Source: Fibrobacter succinogenes
Lineage (GTDB): Bacteria; Fibrobacterota; Chitinivibrionia; Chitinivibrionales; Chitinivibrionaceae
Length of the DNA stretch: 39,920 nucleotides
Reading direction: 5' to 3'
Assembly: GCA_020726425.1 (NCBI GenBank)
Contig: DYSA01000001.1
Span: 1-39,920 of the forward strand
This document shows positions 16,190 to 26,698 of this stretch, piece after piece (positions within the stretch are counted from its first letter, which is position 1; each line of letters begins with the position of its first letter). The notes below the pieces were generated by a model. The model did not search any database. It was given only the letters and a program-made list of their open reading frames with translations, and was not told where the DNA came from. The position numbers and the translations under genes are program-made.

Positions 16190-17788
16190 TTAGACCAACT
16201 CAACAAGATCGTATTTAGCCATCCACAGCAGAGTTGTGCGAAACTTTGGGTGAAGAATAGAACTCAATTTACCAACAGTACACGACGAGGAAACGATTTC
16301 TTCTAAGATGTCGGCGATTACCTGTTGATCCAAAATGAGTGGCATATCGGAATATATCGAAGGAAATTTCCCACCATTGAGTAAAGTAATTCCTTCTGGA
16401 CGTATCACAACGCTCATTTTATCGTTTAATGTTCGCGTAGGATAGTGGGAAAAGAGATGCGTAAATTGAGGAGCGAAAGGTGTTTCAAAATCAGAAGGAC
16501 GAGGTAGCGTCTGCATTTTTTGAAACAATTGCTCCCACAAATTTTCATATTGAGCGATAACTTTTTCCCAGCGATATTCAGAAAAAGCTCGCTTTTTGCC
16601 TTGAATACCCATGGAACAGCGCAATTCCGGATTGAGAATCAACTTCTCCAACGACCGTTCAAGCTCAGAAGGCACTACAACCATTGATTGCGCGAGTAGA
16701 AGTTGAAGTGAACCAGAATCAAGAAGTTCATGCTGCTGCTCTAATGGATGAGTGTCAATCCATATCGTTGGAACTTTAAGTCCCGTAACACCATGTTCAA
16801 CCAACTCTCGATATCCATCAAAATCAGAAGCAACTACCGGAATCCCAGAAGCCATTGATTCTATAATTGAAATACCAAAAGTCTCTTGAATATTATCAGA
16901 AGGAGCTACACTGATATCTGCAGATGCGTACACACTTGATTTTACTGAAGTTTCAAAATTGATCATCAGCCGAACTTGTTGATCAAGACCAAGATCGTGA
17001 ATCATATCTTTGTGAAGCCGTAACTCTGGTGGATTAACACCTCCCGCAAGAACCAGTTTCAAATGATTCCCATGGCGGTCAACAAGTGTTTTAAAAACTT
17101 GTAGCAATGGAAACAGGTCAGCCTTCGTAGAAGGTGACAATCTTCCAAGATACAAAAGAATGATATCATCGCTTGCAAAACCAAGTTGCAGTCGTGCACT
17201 CTCTTTTGAGGGCATAGAATCAAATCGTGAATCGTAACCGAGCGGAATTACACTTAAATCACCACGAAAAGGATCCGAATCTCCGGTCGCGCACATCATT
17301 GCTTTTTTAAGAACTTCACGCCCCGAATCAGATGTGCAAATGACACCATCAGCAGCGGTATGAGGAGATCGTGCTAACTTATAAGCATCGGCGACAGTAT
17401 CGGTACTATTCAGAGAGTGAATAACACCGGTAACAGGGAACATAATTTTAGCAAACCGATTGCGCAAAGCGACAGTTCCTGCCCAAAAATATCCCCACCC
17501 ACCAAGATGAAAGCAGTGATATTCAAAATCCGCCAAGTTTTGTTCCAGAACATCAAAGAGAAAGAGTTGAACTTTTTCTTTGGCGGAATCTGAAATTTCA
17601 GGATCGTGTGAAAGCCTGTTTACAGTATCCTTAAAATGTTTAGGAGTAAGACAGTACAAATGAAAAGAATCAAATGTACTGAAATTTAACAAGGCTGTCA
17701 AAAATTCATAATTGGCAACATATCTTCCCAAACGAAGAGATTCATCACCACTCTCGACAAATGGGAAAAGTGTTCCAAATAGTTTCAT
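16190..17788 (-). CDS. GT-B glycosyltransferase (group 1 / GT4-like), 532 aa
   Basis: E-x7-E region QETFGISIIESMASGIPVVASDFDGYRELVEHGVTGLKV. ATGA overlap with the upstream gene. Confidence 0.8.
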   Translation of the reverse strand: MKLFGTLFPFVESGDESLRLGRYVANYEFLTALLNFSTFDSFHLYCLTPKHFKDTVNRLSHDPEISDSAKEKVQLFLFDVLEQNLADFEYHCFHLGGWGYFWAGTVALRNRFAKIMFPVTGVIHSLNSTDTVADAYKLARSPHTAADGVICTSDSGREVLKKAMMCATGDSDPFRGDLSVIPLGYDSRFDSMPSKESARLQLGFASDDIILLYLGRLSPSTKADLFPLLQVFKTLVDRHGNHLKLVLAGGVNPPELRLHKDMIHDLGLDQQVRLMINFETSVKSSVYASADISVAPSDNIQETFGISIIESMASGIPVVASDFDGYRELVEHGVTGLKVPTIWIDTHPLEQQHELLDSGSLQLLLAQSMVVVPSELERSLEKLILNPELRCSMGIQGKKRAFSEYRWEKVIAQYENLWEQLFQKMQTLPRPSDFETPFAPQFTHLFSHYPTRTLNDKMSVVIRPEGITLLNGGKFPSIYSDMPLILDQQVIADILEEIVSSSCTVGKLSSILHPKFRTTLLWMAKYDLVELV

Positions 17789-18819
17789 TTTGATGGTCCT
17801 ACAGCTGCTGATGGTTCAGGATTATTCGCGGTAGTTCCCAGAACCGGTGAAGCAACTGGCTGAGGCGAAGGTTGAAGCATAAATTGTAGCGATACAAAAG
17901 GAACCTCAGCACCAGACCCAACAACAAAATAGAGATCTTCTTTGGCGGAATTCTTGAAATAATATCGATTTCTGCCCGAAGGATCGTTTTTGCCGAGGGT
18001 AATAACTTCAATCGAACCATCATCCATTACAAAAGTTACAGAATAGTTGCCGTCACTGTTTTTCCAAGCTGATTCAGGAAGGGTTTCATCAGCCCAATCA
18101 CTGCACACAAATTTGCTCATTGATTCTAAGTAACTGCTAACCATCTCTTGGTTGGCACGAACTTCTTGACCGGCAAAGCGAGCCATCCAGAATGTTTCAC
18201 CAACTCCTTTGATCTTATCAATTTGAGAACCATCTGCAAGACGAACAGACGCGATAGAATCGACAGGGTGAGTAAATATTCCACGATCTCGCCATTCTGA
18301 AATTTCTGTGACAAAACAAAAACGAATACTACCGGAAACTAGATATACCGCGTTTTGACCTTCAAGCCGAACATTGCTATATCGCCAGTTCTCACTTTTT
18401 TTGCCCACGTAAAATTTCTGATCTGGGGAATCTTTTGAAGAAAAGAGAGACACAGTAATTGCCTTCTCAGGAGTTACTTCCAGAGAAGTGTGGTTGGCCT
18501 TATTTTCAGACACGAGTTGATCTTTTTGCATTAATTTTATTTTATCGAGAAGTGCCAGTGCTTTTACCTGATCCGCTCTGTAACTCTTTCCCCCCGATCG
18601 ATCACTCACCATCCACCCCATGGGCGATTTGGTAAGAATCACACCGGTAGCAGAATCTCCCACTGCAACTTTTGTGACAAGAGATGTATCAAAATCGGCG
18701 AAGAATAAACCTGTGGCGATTTTATTTCCACTAACAGCAAGAAGTTCTGATAGAATTGTCGCACCTGCTAGAAGGGCAAAAATTGTTCCCGCTACAGTTA
18801 CTTTCTTTTTGATATTCAT
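17785..18819 (-). CDS. DUF4340-like membrane-anchored periplasmic protein (usual partner of GldG-type proteins)
   Basis: N-terminal TM anchor (VTVAGTIFALLAGATILS) and repeated beta-rich modules. ATGA overlaps on both sides. The family assignment is by pattern and context only. Confidence 0.55.
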   Translation of the reverse strand: MNIKKKVTVAGTIFALLAGATILSELLAVSGNKIATGLFFADFDTSLVTKVAVGDSATGVILTKSPMGWMVSDRSGGKSYRADQVKALALLDKIKLMQKDQLVSENKANHTSLEVTPEKAITVSLFSSKDSPDQKFYVGKKSENWRYSNVRLEGQNAVYLVSGSIRFCFVTEISEWRDRGIFTHPVDSIASVRLADGSQIDKIKGVGETFWMARFAGQEVRANQEMVSSYLESMSKFVCSDWADETLPESAWKNSDGNYSVTFVMDDGSIEVITLGKNDPSGRNRYYFKNSAKEDLYFVVGSGAEVPFVSLQFMLQPSPQPVASPVLGTTANNPEPSAAVGPSK

Positions 18820-20411
18820 AGTACACCCTCACGCTTTTGAGCATTTCTGCGTTTCATGAAAATTACCAATCCTGAAATAAGTAACAAAATCGGCATTGAA
18901 AGAATATTAATAACACGATACGTTGTTGCACGAAGTTTCTCATTCACTAATGAACTGGTTTTAAAACTTCGATCGACAAATGTTCGATTGCGTATCGAAA
19001 TTAAGTTATCATTTGTTGTGAGCCAGTCGGTTATATTCTTCACAAATATAGAATTAACTTTGCTTTGCGTAAGGAAACTTGCATTCCCTACCACTACAAG
19101 ATTCCCGCTCTTTGTAGAACGAACAATTTCATTAGAAGAGGTATCTTTTTCATACAGAGAAATGAATTCACCGCTCAAATGAAGTGCCACGGGGAATTGC
19201 CCAACACGATTCTCTTTTTTCGCAAGTTCAAATCGTTTATCCCAATAGACTCTAGGATTCAATTTATACGGTTCACCCATAGTAAATGCAGTTTTACTTG
19301 ACATCAAAAGAGTATCGACTTTGATCGATTTGGGAAGATTTGGAATAACCATTGTTGGCGAACACCACGGCAATACCATCGATTCAAAACCTGACAAAGC
19401 CGGGTTGCTATTTACAACACCTTCCGAAGAAATTTTCATAAACAAGGGATAATCCATGGGATAACTTTTCGTTTCACCAGCCACATCCTGCTGTAACTGA
19501 ATAACATCACATGAAATATCTGCTATCATTTCCGGTTTTACATCGACTCCCCATTTTTTCAGCATTTCGAAAAAGGGCGATTTTTGAAGCACCCCTGTGG
19601 GGCTAACAGCAAGATTGACCGCTATTCGATTCGCCAAAATGATCAGCTTTCCACCTTTCATGAAGAATTGATCCACCGCAGCTAACGCATAGGGATTACT
19701 CCAGAAATCATCATCTCCACCGGGAATGATAAGCGTTTCCACACTTTGATCAATTGGATACGTTTTTGTCAAATCTACATAATCAACAGTGTAGTCTTGT
19801 TCCATCATCGTAAACAGATCGGCGAAGTATTCGCGAGCCACATCTTGAGCATAGTTTTCGGTGCGAAGAATTCCGATTCGCGGACGTTCTGGTTTCAAAA
19901 CGAGCGATATGCGTTTGATCAATTCGTATTCAAAGTTCGAAGTACTTCTGACCAAAGGAATTACTTCAGTTCTACCGCCGTAACGAACCGCTACACCAGC
20001 GATCATTTTAACGATGGTTTCACGATCTTTTTCCACAACAGGAATGTGAATTTGTTCAAGTCCCACAGAAATCGCACTCTGCTTATCCACGGAATTTTCT
20101 CGAGGATTTTTCCACTCGATTTTAAGATTCTTACCACCGAAAACTTTAAATTCAGTGACGATATCTTCCACATCCTCTTTTACTTTTTGAAATTGCGGAG
20201 GAAGATTTTCAGAAAAGTAGATTTCGATAGTGATATAATCACTCAAACTTTTCAAGAGATTACGAGTACCTTTCGCAATCGTATACTGCTTATTTTCAGT
20301 CAAGTCCGCGCGTATAAAGTGGCGATTCGACTGAAAATTTAGAAGTAATACTATTCCCACAACGAGAAGTATAAACAGTATATAAAGTTTCTTTCCATTG
20401 TATTTCTGCAT
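18816..20411 (-). CDS. GldG-like auxiliary component of an ABC-2 transporter (ABC-type uncharacterized transport system domain)
   Basis: N-terminal TM followed by RADLTENKQYTIAKGTRNLLKSL...ITIEIYFS, the typical GldG opening. C-terminal TM (ILSMPILLLISGLVIFM). Confidence 0.75.
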   Translation of the reverse strand: MQKYNGKKLYILFILLVVGIVLLLNFQSNRHFIRADLTENKQYTIAKGTRNLLKSLSDYITIEIYFSENLPPQFQKVKEDVEDIVTEFKVFGGKNLKIEWKNPRENSVDKQSAISVGLEQIHIPVVEKDRETIVKMIAGVAVRYGGRTEVIPLVRSTSNFEYELIKRISLVLKPERPRIGILRTENYAQDVAREYFADLFTMMEQDYTVDYVDLTKTYPIDQSVETLIIPGGDDDFWSNPYALAAVDQFFMKGGKLIILANRIAVNLAVSPTGVLQKSPFFEMLKKWGVDVKPEMIADISCDVIQLQQDVAGETKSYPMDYPLFMKISSEGVVNSNPALSGFESMVLPWCSPTMVIPNLPKSIKVDTLLMSSKTAFTMGEPYKLNPRVYWDKRFELAKKENRVGQFPVALHLSGEFISLYEKDTSSNEIVRSTKSGNLVVVGNASFLTQSKVNSIFVKNITDWLTTNDNLISIRNRTFVDRSFKTSSLVNEKLRATTYRVINILSMPILLLISGLVIFMKRRNAQKREGVL

Positions 20412-20414
20412 TTT

Positions 20415-21131
20415 CTACTCCCACTTTCTGCTTTCAAGCGACTGAGTATTAAAGAAAAGCGCAAGTCCTATAACCGAAAGATAGAAAATTACATCTCGAC
20501 TATCAAGTACCCCGCGAGCGATACTAGTAAAATGCGATTCCAGACTTATTGACATGAGAAATGAAGCAACAGTCGCTGGAACCGATGCAAGCACAGCTTC
20601 ATGGCTGATCAAGTTTCCTACGAGCAAAATTACCATTGTACCAATAAAGGCAACAATCTGATTTTCAGTAAACGAAGAAACTGCCATACCAATTGCAATG
20701 TATGATCCCCCTAAAAAGAGAGCGCCAATATAGCTGGACAGCATGATTCCCTCATCGGGATTTCCAATCAACATTACGGAAATTGGAACGGTTACCGATA
20801 GCAGCAACGCAATAAAAAGGAACATAAACGATGCAAGAAATTTACCGAAAACCACTTCGCTGTCCTTTACAGGCCACGTCAATAATAGTTCCAGTGTTTT
20901 GTTTTTGCGCTCTTCAGCCCAACTTCTCATGGTAATAGCAGGAAGAAAAAGAAGAAACAACCACGGAAGAAGTTCAAAGTAGTTCCGCATAGAAGCTTCG
21001 CCGGCAATGAAAAACCCTTGAAAAAACAGAAAATTCGTCAGCACTAAGTAGAGCGTTAAGAAGATATACGCGATCGGCGAAATGAAAAACGAGTGAAATT
21101 CACGTTTCATTATTGTAAGTATGGAGTTCAT
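20415..21131 (-). CDS. ABC-2 type transporter permease (GldF-like)
   Basis: MKREFHSFFISPIAYIFL opening and six predicted TM helices. It overlaps the ATPase gene stop by 1 nt. Confidence 0.8.
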   Translation of the reverse strand: MNSILTIMKREFHSFFISPIAYIFLTLYLVLTNFLFFQGFFIAGEASMRNYFELLPWLFLLFLPAITMRSWAEERKNKTLELLLTWPVKDSEVVFGKFLASFMFLFIALLLSVTVPISVMLIGNPDEGIMLSSYIGALFLGGSYIAIGMAVSSFTENQIVAFIGTMVILLVGNLISHEAVLASVPATVASFLMSISLESHFTSIARGVLDSRDVIFYLSVIGLALFFNTQSLESRKWE

Positions 21132-22072
21132 TATTTGCTCCCAGTCAATTGTGTAAACACATCTTCAAGAGTGGTGACATAATGCGTTAACTCACGGATT
21201 TTCCAGCCATTTGAAACCACAGTATCAAAAAGTTGTTCCCCAAAAGTTTCATCAGAGTTACACTCTATTTTGAGATTTGCAACTGAATTTTCATCGCTGA
21301 TCTGAACAGAAACAACTTCATTCATCGCTTGAAATACTGATTTCATTTTGGAAGAATTCCCCGCGATTTTCATGAGGAACGTCGTTTTACCAGTGAACTG
21401 CCGAGTAACTTCATCCGGTGTTCCAATGGTTACCAGTTCGCCATTATTGATAATTAAAATACGGTCACAGGTCGCTGCAACTTCGGGAAGAATATGAGAA
21501 GAATAAATAACGGTTTTCTTGCGCCCCATTTCGCGAATAAGTTCACGAATTTCTACTATTTGGTTGGGATCCAATCCTGAAATTGGTTCATCAAGAATAA
21601 GGAGTTCCGGTTCGTGAATCATTGCCTGAGCGAGACCAACGCGCTGCTTATACCCTTTCGAGAGTTGACCCACGGGACGTTTCAGCATCTTCGTGAGTGA
21701 ACAGACATCGATCATTTCTTCCATTTGCCGTTTAAGTATCGCGCCCTTAAGTCCGCGTAGTTCACCGACAAACTTGAGATACTCTTCTACCGACATATCA
21801 CTGTACAAAGGGGTTGATTCGGGTAGATATCCAATCTTCTTTTTCATTTGAAGATCATATTCCGCACCTGATATCCCATCGATTTTTACATCGCCAGAAG
21901 TGGCAGGGATAAAGTTGGTAATCATTCTCATGGAAGTCGATTTCCCAGCACCATTGGGCCCAAGGAATCCAAATACTTCGCCGCGGTTCACGGTAAAAGA
22001 GAGATTATTGACGGCGGTAAAACTTCCGAATTTCTTCGTCAGACCAGTCACTTCAAGCATCTTTTCGCTCAT
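21131..22072 (-). CDS. ABC transporter ATP-binding protein (GldA-like)
   Basis: Walker A GPNGAGKST, signature LSKGYKQRVGLAQA, Walker B LLILDEPISGLD, H-loop SSHIL. GGAGGG SD. Confidence 0.9.
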   Translation of the reverse strand: MSEKMLEVTGLTKKFGSFTAVNNLSFTVNRGEVFGFLGPNGAGKSTSMRMITNFIPATSGDVKIDGISGAEYDLQMKKKIGYLPESTPLYSDMSVEEYLKFVGELRGLKGAILKRQMEEMIDVCSLTKMLKRPVGQLSKGYKQRVGLAQAMIHEPELLILDEPISGLDPNQIVEIRELIREMGRKKTVIYSSHILPEVAATCDRILIINNGELVTIGTPDEVTRQFTGKTTFLMKIAGNSSKMKSVFQAMNEVVSVQISDENSVANLKIECNSDETFGEQLFDTVVSNGWKIRELTHYVTTLEDVFTQLTGSK

Positions 22073-22123
22073 GTGCCCTCCGTATAAGCTGTTTTAATTC
22101 ACAATTGTATCAATATAATTGAA

Positions 22124-23401
22124 TCAAATATTTCGTTCATCAGCGCGTGCATTCAACATAAGCCCTGTCAAAATTGAAACCGTCAGAGCAAATGATCCTC
22201 CGTAACTCAAGTACGGCAAAGGCAGCCCTGTCACCGGCATAAGTCCAATAACCATAGCCACATTGGCAACCGTATGAAACCCGATCATCGCGGAAGCCCC
22301 GACAAGTAACAGATTCGAGAATCGATTGCGAATAACTTGCGTTGTAGTCAACGCTCGAGCAATGATGAACAGGAAAAGCAAAAGCACTCCGATACAACCA
22401 ACCATTCCAAATTGTTCACCAAGAACTGCAAAAATGAAATCAGTATGCTGATCGGGAAGATAGGAAAGATTTACCTGACTTCCCTTGAGATACCCTTTCC
22501 CAAAACTCTGCCCAGATCCAAGAGCGATCATTGACTGTATAACCTGATACCCAGCACCGCGAGGATCAGATTGAGGATCGACAAAACTAATAACACGCAT
22601 TTTCTGATAGTCGTGAAGGAATTTCTCCCAAATCACATTTGTTCCCAAAGCAGCACCGAGATTGAGAACAAGCACAAACACAATTAACACAATCGGCGGC
22701 CGAGTCATAGAAATGACTACAAGAAGAATGATAAAAAATACCGCCCACGGCACTGTCCCCAACATGCCCGGAGCGACTCCAGTTCCAAATGTTAAAATCA
22801 GTGGAACGGCAGACAAGACCACTGATAACAATGGAGATACCAAGAAAAACAATTCCAGCAAAGTCATTCCCGCCCAATAGAACATAGGCAAAGACATTGC
22901 CATAAACACAAGCGCAGTGCTGAGATTTGGCTGTTTTAAAATCAGAAAAAATGGAGGTAAAATAATGATTAAAGGCAATAAAAGTGATTTCGGTTTATAA
23001 AGAGAAATTGTGTTTTTTGCAAAATACTTTGCAAGCATCAGCAACAACCCAATCTTTGCAAATTCAGAAGGTTGAATTCGAACAGGGCCGAGAGAAAACC
23101 AGCGCTGTGCTCCTTTTGATGATTCACCTGCCACCAAAACAGCAGCGAGTAACACCAACGTAACTCCATAAATAACAGGAGCCATTCGATAATAAATTCG
23201 CGTCGGAATCGACAAGGTTCCCATAATGATCATTACACCGAGGGCTGTCCAAATCATCTGATCGTAATAAATATGAAACAAAAGACCAGAACTGTGCATT
23301 TTCGTGGCACTATAGACGAGAAAATTCCCTATGATCCATAAGAGCATAATGGGAAGAAACAGCGCGAGGTCAAATGTTCCACGAAGATAAAGTGTTTTCA
23401 A
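22124..23401 (-). CDS. rodA: SEDS peptidoglycan polymerase RodA
   Basis: About 10 TM helices. QPSEFAKI, LPDQHTDFIFAVLGEQFG and GLPLPYLSYGGS blocks. TTG start inside a TTGA overlap with the mrdA stop. Confidence 0.9.
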   Translation of the reverse strand: MKTLYLRGTFDLALFLPIMLLWIIGNFLVYSATKMHSSGLLFHIYYDQMIWTALGVMIIMGTLSIPTRIYYRMAPVIYGVTLVLLAAVLVAGESSKGAQRWFSLGPVRIQPSEFAKIGLLLMLAKYFAKNTISLYKPKSLLLPLIIILPPFFLILKQPNLSTALVFMAMSLPMFYWAGMTLLELFFLVSPLLSVVLSAVPLILTFGTGVAPGMLGTVPWAVFFIILLVVISMTRPPIVLIVFVLVLNLGAALGTNVIWEKFLHDYQKMRVISFVDPQSDPRGAGYQVIQSMIALGSGQSFGKGYLKGSQVNLSYLPDQHTDFIFAVLGEQFGMVGCIGVLLLFLFIIARALTTTQVIRNRFSNLLLVGASAMIGFHTVANVAMVIGLMPVTGLPLPYLSYGGSFALTVSILTGLMLNARADERNI

Positions 23402-25362
23402 AGTGTATCCTTTGTCGAGTTCACAGAATCAATCTTTCCAGCGAGACTATCTGTGCTCACAGCAGGGATACTCACCGCTTTGGGATCAATTTTAGGCGGA
23501 AGAATAACACCGTGTTCAGCCATAACTCGTCTTCCTTCAGCAGTATTATTGAAGTAATATCGAAGCATTGCTCCCGCCACCGGAGCAGCAACACTTCCGC
23601 CATGACCAGCATTTTCTGCAACCACAGCAATAGCAATTACCGGATTATCCAACGGTGCGACGCAAACAAACAAACCATGTGTTTTCTTTCCATGAGGATT
23701 TTCTGCGCTTCCGGTTTTGCCACCAACAACAATTCCCGGAACTGTAGCAGCATGACCCGTTCCACCAGGTTCCATTACGACTCGTCTCATGCCTTCTTTA
23801 ACTTGAAGAATAGATTCATGTTTAGCATTGAGAGGAATCGAATCAACACCATGGAACTGTTTTTCAACCGCATTATTTCCGGCGCGAATCTCTTTCAGAA
23901 GATAAGGAACATAGCGATACTTTTCGTTCCCCATAGCGGCGACCATTACGGCTAACTGAATCGGTGTAAACACTTGCTGTTGACCGATAGCCAAGTCCAG
24001 AACCATTCCGGGAGTCCAACGCCACCCCTTTTTCTTTTTGAATCGTTCATTGTAGGCTTCTTCGCCAGATTGCCAACCCGCTTTTTCATACGGTAGGTCT
24101 ATGCCGGTTTTAACTCCTAGGCCAAAACGAGTTGAATAATCATTAATTACTTTGTCTCCAACGAGAAGGCCACCTTGATAGAAATAGACATTACACGACA
24201 CTTTGATAGCATCAGCAAGATCGGTGTAACCGTGACCACCCGAGTACCAGCATCGAGCTACGCGATTCCCAATTCGGTAATATCCTCCACAGGATTTTGC
24301 CATGTGTCCTGTTGAAGCAATTGAACCATGGTCTACAAATGATAACCCACTAACGAGCTTAAACGTCGAACCAGGAGGATATACACCATTTACAGCGCGA
24401 TTCGACAGTGGACGGGCAGGATCAAGAGCAACTTTGGCCCACTCTTTAGCACGTTTTTTAGGATCGAGGGAAAAAATATTGGGGTCGAAAGTCGGATTAC
24501 TAATCATCGCCAAAACTTCACCAGTGCGCGGATCAAGTGCAACTACAGCACCGCGAATTGAGTCTGGAAATGAATCAACAGCAATCTTTTGCAGGTCTGC
24601 ATCGATGGTTAAATAGAGATTTTTTCCTCGTTCTGGAAGTTGATCAGGCATATCTGCGACAACCCCAAGACGCCGACCATATACATTTTTTTCAACGTAT
24701 CGAATTCCATCTTTACCGCGAAGCATGTCTTGATACTTTTGTTCAATCCCCGCCTTCCCGATAAGATCACCAGGTTGGTAGCCAAGGAGTTTCATAGAAT
24801 CAGATTCATCTTCAGGAATAGCACCCAAATACCCAAGCATGTGATTACAAGCTTCAGCAAGAGGATATTCACGCCGCGTTTCACTGAGAATATCAATCCC
24901 CGGAAGTTCGGTCATGTGCTCTCGAATAACACTCACATACTCCATCGAAATGTCTTCTTTAAGACGATGAATCTTGGACTTCCGATAAATCGTTTGCTCG
25001 AGTAACTTGTCCAATTCCAGTGTGTCAAAAAGAGGGATTCCTTGTCGATCGACAATTTTCAGCAGTTTTTCACGGAGATCATATCCCTTCGGAACAGTAT
25101 ATGGCAAAAACGTGACTGCATACGAAGGTCTATTTCTGGCGAGAACAACACCATTGCGATCGTAAATAGTTCCGCGAGACGCGGGAATCGTTTCAAGTAC
25201 AACTCTGTTGCGAGTCGATAGATCAAGAAATTTCTGACCTTGAATAATTTGAAGCCAGAATAGGCGTGCAAAAAGAGCTAGAAAGGGAATAGCAATAATG
25301 ATTACAAGACTTTTAGCTTGACGACCACGAATTTGAGGTGTTCCATCAACGGAGCGAGCCAT
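23398..25362 (-). CDS. mrdA: Penicillin-binding protein 2 (elongasome transpeptidase)
   Basis: N-terminal TM anchor. SxxK = PGSTFKLV, SxN = KVSCNVYF, KTG = GGKTGSAE. Located between mreD and rodA. Confidence 0.9.
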   Translation of the reverse strand: MARSVDGTPQIRGRQAKSLVIIIAIPFLALFARLFWLQIIQGQKFLDLSTRNRVVLETIPASRGTIYDRNGVVLARNRPSYAVTFLPYTVPKGYDLREKLLKIVDRQGIPLFDTLELDKLLEQTIYRKSKIHRLKEDISMEYVSVIREHMTELPGIDILSETRREYPLAEACNHMLGYLGAIPEDESDSMKLLGYQPGDLIGKAGIEQKYQDMLRGKDGIRYVEKNVYGRRLGVVADMPDQLPERGKNLYLTIDADLQKIAVDSFPDSIRGAVVALDPRTGEVLAMISNPTFDPNIFSLDPKKRAKEWAKVALDPARPLSNRAVNGVYPPGSTFKLVSGLSFVDHGSIASTGHMAKSCGGYYRIGNRVARCWYSGGHGYTDLADAIKVSCNVYFYQGGLLVGDKVINDYSTRFGLGVKTGIDLPYEKAGWQSGEEAYNERFKKKKGWRWTPGMVLDLAIGQQQVFTPIQLAVMVAAMGNEKYRYVPYLLKEIRAGNNAVEKQFHGVDSIPLNAKHESILQVKEGMRRVVMEPGGTGHAATVPGIVVGGKTGSAENPHGKKTHGLFVCVAPLDNPVIAIAVVAENAGHGGSVAAPVAGAMLRYYFNNTAEGRRVMAEHGVILPPKIDPKAVSIPAVSTDSLAGKIDSVNSTKDTL

Positions 25363-25364
25363 GG

Positions 25365-25847
25365 TTACCGTCTTCCGTAGGGATGAACCTGATGTCCAAG
25401 AAAGATTATTGCCATACCAAAAATGGAAGTAAACAGCGCACTTGGAATTACTTGTCCAAAGAGGAGTGAAACCAGCGATCCTCCATATCCACCCACAGCA
25501 ATGTAGACGACAATATTATGAACCGATGAACCGAGAAGAAACAAGAAAAATTGAGCAAAAGGGCCAGAGTTAATTCGTTTATTGTCAAACATACCAACAA
25601 AAACACCCGCTGTCACCAACGCCATTGATTGCATCCCCAACGTATTGGGTGCCCAACTATCGAGAAGTAAACCGGTGAAAAAACCACCCCATATTGCAGC
25701 GAGTCGACCATACCAAAGTGCCACTACCATAATCGATGCCAATACGAGATCTGGATAAATCCCTGAAATTGATAAATATGGGATAATGGTACTCTGCAAT
25801 GTAATCGCAAAAAGAATAATAAAAACCCATAAGACTATTTTTTTCAA
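25365..25847 (-). CDS. mreD: Rod shape-determining protein MreD
   Basis: 160-aa polytopic membrane protein after mreC. TTG start in a TTGA overlap with the mreC stop. Confidence 0.8.
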   Translation of the reverse strand: MKKIVLWVFIILFAITLQSTIIPYLSISGIYPDLVLASIMVVALWYGRLAAIWGGFFTGLLLDSWAPNTLGMQSMALVTAGVFVGMFDNKRINSGPFAQFFLFLLGSSVHNIVVYIAVGGYGGSLVSLLFGQVIPSALFTSIFGMAIIFLGHQVHPYGRR

Positions 25848-26683
25848 GGTTCTACCTCACGCATCAAGGAGTCCAGTTCAATCTGATACGCTTCCCATTG
25901 AGTATTAACTGCGATAACAAAGAGATGGCGGATTGATTCAAAATCAACTGCCGATTTTACGGTAATCAAACTATAGAGAGGATTCTGAGCATCTTCAATT
26001 TTATCGATGTAACCAACTGACATCCCTGGAGGATAAATGCCACCATACCCACTTGTGAACAACGTGTCATTCAATTTCAAATCAGTGCTTTTGCGATATT
26101 CTACCTGAAGTTTATCACTGGCTGATGCATTCAGAATACCGACACTTCCAGTGGCACGATGTACGATACTCACAAATTCATCCGGTTTGCGAATCAACTG
26201 AACTAGCGATGTTCTATCCATTACGCGAATTACTTTCCCTACAACTCCATCGACGGTAGCAACAGGCATATACGGTTGTACCCCATCATTTTTTCCCGCA
26301 TCTATTACGATAGTTCGAAATAGAAAGGTTGGTTCGCGAACAACCGCTTGAGCTGGAATAATTTTGTACGACGAAGTATCGCGATATGAAATTCCACGAA
26401 CAAGTTCGTCACTATGGGCGAGAATTTCTTTGATCGCCGCATTTTCGAGTTGCAACACGGAAACACGGGAACGAAGTTGGTCGTTCTCTTTGAAAATATT
26501 GCGAATATTTGTAACTTGATTGATAGTGATTTGGACAGGACTGAAAAGAGTCTGTCCCAAAGTCTGAGCCACTTGTTGTTTCTGCGTGCTGGAACTGTTA
26601 AACAGCATCAACGAGATGATCATGGCAACAAAATAAGAGGTACCGTTTTTATGGGAGAGAATATACTCAACAAGCCAATGCAC
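25844..26683 (-). CDS. mreC: Rod shape-determining protein MreC
   Basis: TM anchor, a coiled coil (LRSRVSVLQLENAAIKE) and the SGYGGIYPPGMSVGYI motif. GTG start with GGAGG SD. Confidence 0.9.
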   Translation of the reverse strand: MHWLVEYILSHKNGTSYFVAMIISLMLFNSSSTQKQQVAQTLGQTLFSPVQITINQVTNIRNIFKENDQLRSRVSVLQLENAAIKEILAHSDELVRGISYRDTSSYKIIPAQAVVREPTFLFRTIVIDAGKNDGVQPYMPVATVDGVVGKVIRVMDRTSLVQLIRKPDEFVSIVHRATGSVGILNASASDKLQVEYRKSTDLKLNDTLFTSGYGGIYPPGMSVGYIDKIEDAQNPLYSLITVKSAVDFESIRHLFVIAVNTQWEAYQIELDSLMREVEP

Positions 26684-26698
26684 GGTACCTCCAAAAAA

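Noticed and set aside
19746-20342. 198-aa plus-strand ORF antisense to the GldG-like gene. Similar long antisense ORFs occur at 23374-23955, 13775-14224, 2106-2441, 36384-36803 and 9392-9706.
   Set aside because: All lie wholly inside strongly supported minus-strand genes and have low-complexity, motif-free translations without RBS. They are shadow ORFs typical of this codon bias.
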